64,000 nt of DNA, taken from the NCBI GenBank assembly GCA_965247095.1, contig OZ251997.1, forward strand, positions 4,387,689 through 4,451,688, given 5' to 3'. Position 1 is the first letter of the stretch. The number at the start of each line of letters is the position of its first letter. The position numbers and the translations under genes were made by a program. Shown piece after piece: positions 29,875 to 37,787 of the stretch. This DNA comes from Candidatus Multivorans sp. (GTDB lineage Bacteria > Acidobacteriota > Thermoanaerobaculia > Multivoradales > Multivoraceae). Under the pieces are notes generated by a model. The model had not been told where the DNA came from. It saw nothing but the letters and a program-made list of their open reading frames with translations, and did not search any database.

Positions 29875-29995
29875 CCCCTGGGAACCCGGGTGGCGCGGTC
29901 CGCGCCACCCTCGAACCACTCCTCGCGCCCGTCATCGGGCACGCGCACCGGCGTCGCGTAGACTGCGTCCCTTCGGGCCAGCCGCGGATGCCGGT
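29874..29995. repeat. Composite MITE/REP-like element (type B) starting at the pfkA stop codon
   Basis: tagcccctgggaacccgggtggcgcggtccgcgccaccctcgaaccactcctcgcgcccgtcatcgggcacgcg... Near-identical to 28629-28693. Its 3' part is degenerate. Confidence 0.65.
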
Positions 29996-30015
29996 GAGGA
30001 CGGGCGCCGGAGGAT

Positions 30016-31512
30016 GTGGTGGCGAAGAAGAGCGGACTGAACACTGCGACCCTGGTCTTGCTGGGGGCTCGACGCCTCGCGGAGCTGCTCATCGACGCGA
30101 CGTCCCACGACGCGGCTGCCCAGCGGGTCCTCAGGCTGGAAATCGCCGCGGCGGAGAGTCCGAAGGCGGCGGCCATCGAGATACGCAAGCGGTTGACTGC
30201 GCTAGCGCACTCCAGGACGTTCGTCCGCCGCTCGCGCGCTGGCCGGTTGGCCCGGGAGCTGGACACGCAACGGGAAGCGATCGAGACGTTTGTGGCCGGG
30301 TGCGACCCAAAGCTGGCTGTGGACGTGCTCTGGCGGTTCATGAGCGTGGCGGATCGGGTCCTTCAACGGTGCGACGACAGCGATGGCCTCATCGGCGATG
30401 TGTTCCGGCGTGCCCGGGCGGACCTCGGACGTGCCACGGAGGCGGCCCGACCCGACCCGGTGAAGCTCTCCGGAAAGGTCTTCGAGGCACTGTTGAGCAA
30501 CACCCTGGGTCAGTACGACGGCCTGATCGGCGAGCTGGCGTCCGCACTGGGCGAGACGGGCCTGGACCACTTGCGGCGGAAGGTGCTCGCATTCCGGGAC
30601 AGCAGGGGTGGCGCCGCGTCCGACGCTGCGCCGAGCAACGTCGTTGCCGGCCCTTGGGCCGCAGGCGACGCGGACAACGGCGGAAGGCGCGATGTCTCGT
30701 ATCTGCTGAAGTACACCGTCCCTCAGGCTCTAACGGAAATCGCCGACGCGCAGGGAGACGTGGACGCCTTCGTGGCCCAGTTCGACCAGCAACGGCGGAC
30801 GATCCCGGTCTTCGCGGCTGAGATCGCGCAGCGGCTCCTCGCTGCAAATCGGGCGGAGGAGGCGCTGGAGATTCTCCAGGAGGCCGATCATGCAACGGAC
30901 AGCGGCCCACACCTCAGGAGGGAATGGAGCGATGCCAGAATCGCCGTTCTGGATGCGCTCGGTCGGAGCGCCGAGGCCCAGGCCAATCGGTGGATGGACT
31001 TCGAGAGCAGACTCGACTCGGAGCGCCTGAGCGCATACCTGAAACGATTGCCGGCTTCCGAGAAGGAGGCGGCAACGGAAACCGCCCTGGCCTGCGCCGC
31101 CGACTACCACGACGTGCACGAGGCGCTCGCCTTTCTGCTCGCTTGGCCCGATCTGCCAGGCGCCGCCGCTCTCATCGTGCGAAGAGCGAGGGAACTGAAT
31201 GGCGGTCTCTACGGCACCTTGAATGCTGCGGTCTCCTCACTGACCTCTGACCATCCCCTCGCGGCGACCCTGGCGCTGCGGGCGCTGATGGACTTCACCC
31301 TGGGCAACGCGCGTTCCACCCGCTACGGGCACGCGGCGAGGCAACTTCTGGAATGCACCGGGCTGGCGCAGAGGATCAGCGACTACCGCGGCTTCCACTC
31401 CCACGACGAGTACTTGGCGAATCTGCTGGAGACGCATGACAGGAAGACGAAGTTCTGGGGACTGGTGGGGGACTTGGTCGGCGACGGCACGGATGTCTCC
31501 CGCTCCCGATAG
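30016..31512 (+). CDS. Hypothetical alpha-helical protein
   Basis: 498-aa ORF, non-repetitive, reasonable composition, probable GTG start. No family assigned (faint recollection of a DUF with ...RYGHAARQLLEC...FHSHDEYLANLLETHDRKTKFW). Confidence 0.5.
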   Translation: MVAKKSGLNTATLVLLGARRLAELLIDATSHDAAAQRVLRLEIAAAESPKAAAIEIRKRLTALAHSRTFVRRSRAGRLARELDTQREAIETFVAGCDPKLAVDVLWRFMSVADRVLQRCDDSDGLIGDVFRRARADLGRATEAARPDPVKLSGKVFEALLSNTLGQYDGLIGELASALGETGLDHLRRKVLAFRDSRGGAASDAAPSNVVAGPWAAGDADNGGRRDVSYLLKYTVPQALTEIADAQGDVDAFVAQFDQQRRTIPVFAAEIAQRLLAANRAEEALEILQEADHATDSGPHLRREWSDARIAVLDALGRSAEAQANRWMDFESRLDSERLSAYLKRLPASEKEAATETALACAADYHDVHEALAFLLAWPDLPGAAALIVRRARELNGGLYGTLNAAVSSLTSDHPLAATLALRALMDFTLGNARSTRYGHAARQLLECTGLAQRISDYRGFHSHDEYLANLLETHDRKTKFWGLVGDLVGDGTDVSRSR

Positions 31513-31590
31513 CGCCGGGCCTGCGGCGGTTGACCGTTACGTCCTTCGGGATCGATGGGCCGGAGCAGCCACGTGCCTCCGGACTTCGGG

Positions 31591-31610
31591 TGCGGGCATC
31601 GTTGCCCGCA
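31591..31610 (+). terminator. GC-rich hairpin (REP type A variant) downstream of 30016..31512; possible intrinsic terminator or stabiliser
   Basis: cttcgggtgcgggcatcgttgcccgcatccgaag forms a ~15-bp stem with one mismatch. No U-tract follows, which is common in high-GC genomes. Confidence 0.3.
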
Positions 31611-31702
31611 TCCGAAGCCAATCGTCGGCCTCGGGTAGTGGTCCTGTCGATGGCGAGTCACGAGGCCCGTGCCGCTGTGGGATTTTGCTAGCCTAGACCG
31701 TC

Positions 31703-31933
31703 ATGGCCACGGCAACGTTCGACACCTTGGCAACGGCCCGCAAGTTGGCGGAGTCCGGTTTGGAAGCCGCTCAGGCGGAGGCTGTCACCGAAGCGATCCG
31801 GGCCGCGGTAACGGTAGGCGTGGCGACAAAATCGGACTTGGAGACGCTTCGCGCCGATTTGACTTGGCGCATGGTCCTCGTCGTAGGCGCCCTGCTCGCG
31901 TTGGCGACGGCGGTCGACCGTCTGCTTGGCTGA
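31703..31933 (+). CDS. Small protein, DUF1640-like (helical N-terminus plus C-terminal TM helix)
   Basis: 76 aa: MATATFDTLATARKLAESGLEAAQAEAVTEAIRAAV...DLETLRADLTWRMVLVVGALLALATAV. Confidence 0.45.
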   Translation: MATATFDTLATARKLAESGLEAAQAEAVTEAIRAAVTVGVATKSDLETLRADLTWRMVLVVGALLALATAVDRLLG

Positions 31934-31951
31934 CCAGGGTGAAGAACCGCG

Positions 31952-32176
31952 ATGGCGGACCAGATCAGGGGCTCCGTCGATTCAGACGTCGCCGAACTCT
32001 GCCGAGCCTCTTCCGCTGGTGAGCGTCGCAAACTCGACCTGCTTGTCAGCCTGCGTCTTCGCGACGTTGCCGAATCCGGGAGATCGTTGGAGGACGTCGT
32101 GCGGAAGGTCAGCCGCAACGCCCAGCGCCGGGGTCTGACCGAGGAGATTCTGCAGTCGTTACTGGCTGAAGAGTGA
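31952..32176 (+). CDS. Putative type II antitoxin (partner of the truncated PIN remnant)
   Basis: 74 aa ending ...RGLTEEILQSLLAEE. Its stop overlaps a GTG by 4 nt (GTGA), as in TA operons. Confidence 0.45.
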   Translation: MADQIRGSVDSDVAELCRASSAGERRKLDLLVSLRLRDVAESGRSLEDVVRKVSRNAQRRGLTEEILQSLLAEE

Positions 32177-32319
32177 CGCGAGTCGTCTTCGACACGAGCG
32201 TCATCGTCAGCGCGGCGCTGTTTCACCGATCCGTGCCGGGGCGCGCGTTTCTGTGGGCCCTGCGTCATGGCACGGTTTGGTTTCTTTTGGCTAGGGGATT
32301 GGGCGCGGGGTTGAGGTGA
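32173..32319 (+). pseudogene. Truncated PIN-domain (VapC-like) toxin remnant, ~48 codons
   Basis: Found by reading the frame after the GTGA overlap: VTRVVFDTSVIVSAALFHRSVPGRAFLWALRHGTVWFLLARGLGAGLR*. VVFDTSVIV is the classic PIN N-terminal strand with the first catalytic Asp. It is not in the ORF list because it is under 60 aa. It ends 26 nt before the convergent pntB. Confidence 0.45.
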
Positions 32320-32344
32320 TGCGAGGCCTTCCCAGTGGGCCCCG

Positions 32345-33748
32345 CTACGACAACGCCTCCACAACCTTCATCAACGTGTCCTTCGCGTCCCCGAAGGTCA
32401 GCACGGTGTTCGGGGCGAAGAACAGCTCGTTCTCGATGCCGGCGAACCCCGGTCGCATGGACCGCTTGAGCACGATGCAGGAACGGGCGAGGTCGGCGTT
32501 CAAGACCGGCATGCCGTAGATGGAGCTCGACGGGTTGTGCTTCGCCGCCGGGTTGACGACGTCGTTGGCGCCGACGACGAGGGCGACGTCGGTGTTCTTG
32601 AAGTCGTCGTTGATCTCCTCGAGTTCGCAGAGCGACGTGTAGGGGATCTTCGCTTCGGCCAGCAGCACGTTCATGTGGCCGGGCATGCGGCCCGCGACCG
32701 GGTGGATCGCGTAGCGGACCTGGGTGCCGTTCGCCTCCAGGATCTCGGCCAGTTCGCTGACGACGTGCTGGGCCTGGGCAACCGCCATGCCGTAGCCGGG
32801 GCAGACGATGACGGAATTGGCGCCGGACAGGAGCATCGCGGCGTCGCCGACCGAGGCCTCCTGGACCCGGTCGCCTCCGGCCGCGGCCTTTGCGGCGTCC
32901 CCCTCGTCGACCTTGCCGAAGGCGCCGAACAGGACGTTTCGGAAGGACCGGTTCATCGCCTTGCTCATGACCACCGACAAGATGAAGCCTGAGGCGCCGT
33001 CCAGCGCCCCGGCGATGATCAGGACGTTGTTGTCGAGCGCGAAGCCGGTCGCCGCTGCGGCCAGACCGGCGTAGGAGTTCAGCAGGGTAATGACGACCGG
33101 CATGTCGGCGCCGCCGATGGGCGCCACGAACAGGATGCCCAGGAGCAGGGGCATCGCCGCCATGGCGTAGAACAGGACCTGGTTCGAGGGGTCGATCGTG
33201 ACCAGCACCAGGAGCAGGAAGGTGCCGCCGAACATCAGGATGTTGCTTACGTTCTGCAGCGGCCAGGTGATGCTACGGCCGGGAATCAGGCCGGAGAGCT
33301 TGCCGAAGGCCATGAGTGAGCCGGTGAAGGTGAGGCCGCCGAACAGCACCTCGAAGCCGATCGCCCCCATCGTCGTGGGGTCGATGTGCTCGCTGTGGCG
33401 GTAGTACTCGGAGACGCCGACCAGGGCGGCGGCGAGACCGCCGAAGGCGTGGGAGAGGGCAATCCGCTCGGGCATCCGGGTCATCGGGATGAGCGCCGAG
33501 ATGGCGATGCCGACCGCGCTGCCGATGAAGACGGTGAGCAGGATCCACTTGTAGGTCTGGAAGAAGCCGACGAGCTCGTAGCGCGCGCCGATGTCCGGGT
33601 GCAGCAGGGTGCCCCAGACAGCGAAGACCATGCCGAGTTCGGCGAGGATCAGGCCCCGGCGGGCGGTATGTGCGGCGGTCAAACCGCGCAGCCCGAGGAT
33701 GAACAGGAACGACGCGATGAGGTAGAGCGTCTCGACCTGGTTGATCAC
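32345..33748 (-). CDS. pntB: NAD(P) transhydrogenase subunit beta
   Basis: 467 aa, multi-TM N-terminal half plus the NADP(H)-binding C-terminal domain (...GYGMAVAQAQH...VLLAEA...). Confidence 0.9.
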   Translation of the reverse strand: MINQVETLYLIASFLFILGLRGLTAAHTARRGLILAELGMVFAVWGTLLHPDIGARYELVGFFQTYKWILLTVFIGSAVGIAISALIPMTRMPERIALSHAFGGLAAALVGVSEYYRHSEHIDPTTMGAIGFEVLFGGLTFTGSLMAFGKLSGLIPGRSITWPLQNVSNILMFGGTFLLLVLVTIDPSNQVLFYAMAAMPLLLGILFVAPIGGADMPVVITLLNSYAGLAAAATGFALDNNVLIIAGALDGASGFILSVVMSKAMNRSFRNVLFGAFGKVDEGDAAKAAAGGDRVQEASVGDAAMLLSGANSVIVCPGYGMAVAQAQHVVSELAEILEANGTQVRYAIHPVAGRMPGHMNVLLAEAKIPYTSLCELEEINDDFKNTDVALVVGANDVVNPAAKHNPSSSIYGMPVLNADLARSCIVLKRSMRPGFAGIENELFFAPNTVLTFGDAKDTLMKVVEALS

Positions 33749-34059
33749 GACTTGGCGTCTCCCGCCGGTTCAGCCTTCGGGTCCTGCCTCTTGAACATCC
33801 GCAGCATGCGGTCCGTGATCCAGAAGCCGCCGACGACGTTGATCGTCGCGCAGAGCACGGCGACCGCGCCGAGCACGGTGCTCACGTCGTTGTAGTGAGC
33901 GCCGGCGGCAACCAGCGAGCCGACCAGGGAGATGCCGGAGATGGCGTTGGTGAATGCCATCAGCGGGGTGTGGAGCAGGGCCGGTACACCCTTGATCACG
34001 CCGTAGCCGACGAAGGCCGCGAGCATGAAGATGTACAGCCCAAGGAAGATCTCGAGCAT
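33745..34059 (-). CDS. pntAB: NAD(P) transhydrogenase subunit alpha part 2 (membrane)
   Basis: 104 aa, three TM helices. 4-nt overlap with pntB. Confidence 0.85.
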   Translation of the reverse strand: MLEIFLGLYIFMLAAFVGYGVIKGVPALLHTPLMAFTNAISGISLVGSLVAAGAHYNDVSTVLGAVAVLCATINVVGGFWITDRMLRMFKRQDPKAEPAGDAKS

Positions 34060-34101
34060 TAGTGTGCTCCTCCTTGCGCGGGTTCAGGCTGGCCGGTGGG
34101 C

Positions 34102-35229
34102 TCAGGCCAGCGCTTCAGCGACCTGTGTGTCGACGATCTCGCCGCCGTGGGTGACGACGCAACCCTTGACGATCTCGTTGTCGAAGTCGAAGCTCAGCTC
34201 GCCGTCGGTCAGCAGATAGAGCACCAGCTTCTCGGCGTTGCGCGAGAACATGCGGCTGGCGTCGGCGGCCAGATCACTGGCCAGATTGAGCGGTCCGAGC
34301 ACGGTGACGCCGTTGACCTTGACTTCCTCGCCCGGCCGCGTCAGCTCGCAGTTGCCGCCCTGTTCGGCGGCCAGGTCGACGACGAGCGAACCGTTCGGCA
34401 TCCCCGCGACCATCTCGGCCGTGATCAGGCGCGGCGCCGGCCGGCCGGGAATGAGCGCCGTCGTGATGCAGGCGTCGGTCGAGCGCAGACGCTCAGCGAT
34501 CACCTCGTTCGCCCGGCGCTGGCTCTCCTCGGGGACCTCGCGGGCGTAGCCGCCCTCGGTCTCGGCGTCCTCGATCGCCGGGACCTCGACGAAGCTGGCG
34601 CCCAGGCTTTCGACCTGCTCCTTGACCACGGCGCGCACGTCGTAGGCCTCGACCACGGCGCCCAGCCGGTGGGCGGTGGCGATCGCCTGCAGTCCGGCCA
34701 CGCCGGCGCCGAGGACGAGAACGCGGGCCGGGTTGATGCGCCCCGCGGCCGTCATCAGCAGCGGGAAGAACTGGGGCAGGCGATAGGCCGCGAGCACGGC
34801 GGCGCGGTAGCCGGCGACGGTGCTCTGGGAACTCAGGACGTCCATCGATTGCGCCAGGGTGACACGGGGAATCCGGTCGAGCGCGATGGCGGTGAGCCGG
34901 GCAGAGCACAGCTGCCGCACGAGCGGTCCGGCGGAGAGGGGAAAGAGCAGGCCGACGACCGCCGCGCCCGCCTTGGACGCTTCGATCTCGGCAGCGCCGG
35001 GCGCCTGGACGCGGACGACGAGGTCGGCGGCGCCCAGGACCTCGCCGGCCGTCGCCGCGATCTCGGCGCCGGCTTCGCGGTAGGCGTCGTCGTCGAATCC
35101 GGCCTCAGCGCCGGCGCCTGCTTCGACCAGGAAGTCGACACCCTTGGCGTGAATTCGGGCGACGCTCTCGGGGACCAGGGCGACCCGGCGCTCTCCCGGA
35201 TGCGTTTCGCGTACGACTCCGGCTTTCAT
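34102..35229 (-). CDS. pntAA: NAD(P) transhydrogenase subunit alpha part 1 (alanine-dehydrogenase-like)
   Basis: 375 aa with the Rossmann motif VLVLGAGVAGLQAIATA. Confidence 0.9.
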   Translation of the reverse strand: MKAGVVRETHPGERRVALVPESVARIHAKGVDFLVEAGAGAEAGFDDDAYREAGAEIAATAGEVLGAADLVVRVQAPGAAEIEASKAGAAVVGLLFPLSAGPLVRQLCSARLTAIALDRIPRVTLAQSMDVLSSQSTVAGYRAAVLAAYRLPQFFPLLMTAAGRINPARVLVLGAGVAGLQAIATAHRLGAVVEAYDVRAVVKEQVESLGASFVEVPAIEDAETEGGYAREVPEESQRRANEVIAERLRSTDACITTALIPGRPAPRLITAEMVAGMPNGSLVVDLAAEQGGNCELTRPGEEVKVNGVTVLGPLNLASDLAADASRMFSRNAEKLVLYLLTDGELSFDFDNEIVKGCVVTHGGEIVDTQVAEALA

Positions 35230-35304
35230 GTTCGCGCGCGAAGGTTATGCCTGCCGGGCGGCGGGAGCAAACGGATGCGGAGTTCCGGCGCTCGGACTGA
35301 GGCG

Positions 35305-36579
35305 TCAGGAGACCTGGAAGCCGGCGCTCTGGACGGCTGTCTTGAGAGCGCTCAGAGGTGCTATGCCCCAGACGGTAGCGCTGCCGCGGTTGAGGTCGAC
35401 GTGGGCCATCTCCACGCCCGGCGCGGCGAGCAGGGCGCTCTCCACCGCTTCCGCGCAGTTTCCGCAGGTCATGCCGCCGACGGCGATCTCGACTGCCGCG
35501 CCGGCGTCGCCCGAGGCTTCCGAGGCCCTCTTCAACCTTCGATCAACGGCCGCCTGCCGCTGCCAGCGCCGGAACTCCTGCAGGCCGAACCAGCCGAACA
35601 TCAGCACCAGCAGGATTGCGGACGTGGCGCCCCACCACGGCACTCCGTGCTCGTGGGCGTGCCCAACCTGCAGTGCGGCGCCGCCGACCAGAGTCTCGAA
35701 CAGCATGGCGAAGCCGACGCTGCCGACGATGACGGTCGTCAGGTACACCACGGTCACCTGCCGGCCGAACGCCCGGTAGACGGTGCCGACGGTGGCGACG
35801 TTGGTGGCCGGGCCGGCCATCAGAAAGACCAGGGCGGCGCCCAGCGGCAGGCCGTTGGCAACCAGGGCCGCGGCGATCGGCACCGAGGCTGTCGCGCAAA
35901 CGTAGAGCGGCAGAGAGATGACGAGCGCGGCGGCCGCCGCGCCGAAGGTGCCGAGCGCCGCCAGATCGAGCCAGGCCTGCTGCGGCAGGAGCACTTCGAT
36001 CGCGGCGGAGACCAGAATCCCGACCGCGACCCAGCGCCAGATGCTGCGCAGGAGCTCGGCGCCGTGGTCGACCATGTCGGCGATCTTCGGAAACACCGTT
36101 CCGCCGATAAGGTGCCCGCTATTCGGCTCGCCGCCGGCCCCTTCGACCGTGGCTTCTTCCTCCGCTATGGAGACGTCGATCTTCATCCGCTCGATCCACC
36201 AGCCGCCGGCCACTCCGGTCACCGCGGCGGCCGCGACCTTGAAGAGGGCGAATGGCCAGCCGAGGAAGGTCGCGCTGACCAGGATCGAGTCGACGCCGGT
36301 CTGCGGCGTGCTGATCAGAAAGCCCATCGCGGAGCCGTTGCTGGCCCCGGTGCGCTTGAGGCCGATGCCGGCCGGGATCACGCCGCACGAGCAGAGCGGC
36401 AGCGGCACGCCCAGGACCACGGCCTTGATCACGCCGCTGTAGCCGCTGAGCTGGCGCCGGATCAGGTTGCGTGGCAGCAGGACGTGGAGCAGGGCGGCGA
36501 GCAGGGCGCCGAACAGCAGCCAGGGTGCGAGCTCAGCGAGCACGCTCCAGGTTGCCTGTAGAAAGCCGGTCTCCGTCAT
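35305..36579 (-). CDS. Permease (DUF318/YraQ-like, SO_0444-type) with a C-terminal heavy-metal-associated (HMA) domain
   Basis: 424 aa, polytopic, CxxC pair in TM region (LPLCSCGVIPAG). The C-terminal ~70 aa contain GMTCGNCAEAVESAL (the MxCxxC HMA motif). Confidence 0.7.
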   Translation of the reverse strand: MTETGFLQATWSVLAELAPWLLFGALLAALLHVLLPRNLIRRQLSGYSGVIKAVVLGVPLPLCSCGVIPAGIGLKRTGASNGSAMGFLISTPQTGVDSILVSATFLGWPFALFKVAAAAVTGVAGGWWIERMKIDVSIAEEEATVEGAGGEPNSGHLIGGTVFPKIADMVDHGAELLRSIWRWVAVGILVSAAIEVLLPQQAWLDLAALGTFGAAAAALVISLPLYVCATASVPIAAALVANGLPLGAALVFLMAGPATNVATVGTVYRAFGRQVTVVYLTTVIVGSVGFAMLFETLVGGAALQVGHAHEHGVPWWGATSAILLVLMFGWFGLQEFRRWQRQAAVDRRLKRASEASGDAGAAVEIAVGGMTCGNCAEAVESALLAAPGVEMAHVDLNRGSATVWGIAPLSALKTAVQSAGFQVS

Positions 36580-36701
36580 GGCAGAACCACTCTATCGTCG
36601 CAGAACGCTCCAGCGCTCGGGCCGATTCCAACTCTCCGAAGAATAGCGCCCTTGGCTCCAAGGCTGTTTCGCTCGGGAGCTGACTCGGGCGCCGACGAGA
36701 C

Positions 36702-36715
36702 TTAGTGTAGACTAA
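36702..36715. promoter_or_regulatory. Candidate DtxR/IdeR-type operator (iron-box-like palindrome) in the divergent promoter region
   Basis: TTAGTGTAGACTAA is 12/14 self-complementary and resembles the TTAGGTTAGCCTAACCTAA iron box. It lies 26 nt upstream of the DtxR-FeoA gene start. Confidence 0.35.
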
Positions 36716-36740
36716 ACTTCTGATTCGCGGTAACGAATAC

Positions 36741-37787
36741 ATGAACCCTCTCCTCGCACTCGTCGTTCTCGCTGCGGTCATCGCCCTGGCCGCCCTGGTG
36801 GCATGGCCGGACCGCGGCTGGCTGTGGCGCTGGCGCTCCGGCGGGCGCGCCCTGCACCGCACGCGCACCGAGGACGCGCTCAAGCACCTGTTCGACTGCG
36901 AGTACCAGGGGCGCCAGGCGACCCACCAGAGCCTGGTCGGCGTACTGCGGCTCGGGGGCCGGCGGAGCACCGAACTCCTCGCCCGCATGGAGCGGCTGGG
37001 GCTCATCGTGTCGGCGGCGGGGGGCTTCCGGCTGACCGCCGAGGGACGCAGCGAGGCGCTGCGTGTGATCCGCATCCACCGGTTGTGGGAGCGCTACCTG
37101 GCGGACGAGACGGGGCTGGAGCCGGAGCGCTGGCACCCGGAAGCCGAGCGCCGGGAGCATGTGACTTCGCCCGAGCAGGCGGAGGAGCTGTCCGTGCGAC
37201 TCGGTCATCCGCCGTTCGACCCGCACGGCGACCCGATCCCGACGCGGGAAGGCGACCTGCCGCCGCAAGCCGGCCGGGCGCTGACGGACTTCGCTGTCGG
37301 CGAGGTAGTCGAGGTGGTCCACGTAGAGGATGAGCCCGCCGCGGTCTATGCGCAGTTGGTCGCCGAAGGTGTCCATCCCGGCATGAAGTTGCGCATCTCG
37401 TCCGTGGCGCCCGAGCGCATCCGCTTCGAGGCCGACCTGGACGAGGTCGTGCTGGCGCCGGTCATCGCCGCCAACATCTTCGCCATACCGGCCGCGGAGG
37501 CGGCTTCCGACGAGAGACCGGTATCCGCCGGCGCCACCGGATCGCTGTCGGGCGTGGCCGTCGGCGAGCAGGCGCTGGTGGTCGGCTTCTCGCGCTTCTG
37601 CCGTGGAATGGAGCGTCGCCGACTGCTCGACCTGGGGCTGCTTCCGGGCACCTTGGTGGAAGCGAAGATGGCCAGTCCGTCGGGCGACCCGGTGGCCTAC
37701 CGGGTGCGCGGCGCCGTGATCGCCCTGCGTCGCTCGCAGGCGGATCAGATCCAGGTTCAACGACCCCAGCAGGCGGCTTCAGCATGA
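36741..37787 (+). CDS. DtxR/MntR-family metal-dependent regulator fused to two FeoA (SH3-like) domains, with a predicted N-terminal TM helix
   Basis: 348 aa: [22 protein letters not shown] (hydrophobic), then the DtxR HTH/dimerisation region (...[12 protein letters not shown]...[15 protein letters not shown]...), then two FeoA-like segments ([15 protein letters not shown]...; [13 protein letters not shown]...[14 protein letters not shown]...). Confidence 0.7.
   Translation: MNPLLALVVLAAVIALAALVAWPDRGWLWRWRSGGRALHRTRTEDALKHLFDCEYQGRQATHQSLVGVLRLGGRRSTELLARMERLGLIVSAAGGFRLTAEGRSEALRVIRIHRLWERYLADETGLEPERWHPEAERREHVTSPEQAEELSVRLGHPPFDPHGDPIPTREGDLPPQAGRALTDFAVGEVVEVVHVEDEPAAVYAQLVAEGVHPGMKLRISSVAPERIRFEADLDEVVLAPVIAANIFAIPAAEAASDERPVSAGATGSLSGVAVGEQALVVGFSRFCRGMERRRLLDLGLLPGTLVEAKMASPSGDPVAYRVRGAVIALRRSQADQIQVQRPQQAASA

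Noticed and set aside
27352-29935. ORFs beginning MVRGWRG(S/P)RHPG... or MTGARSGSRVAR... (27352..28674, 28687..29919, 28427..28708, 29741..29935) and their relatives elsewhere (51849..52106)
   Set aside because: Their N-termini are encoded by the type-B repeat and the bodies are antisense to MBL/pfkA or are Arg-rich. These are repeat-seeded artefacts, not a gene family.
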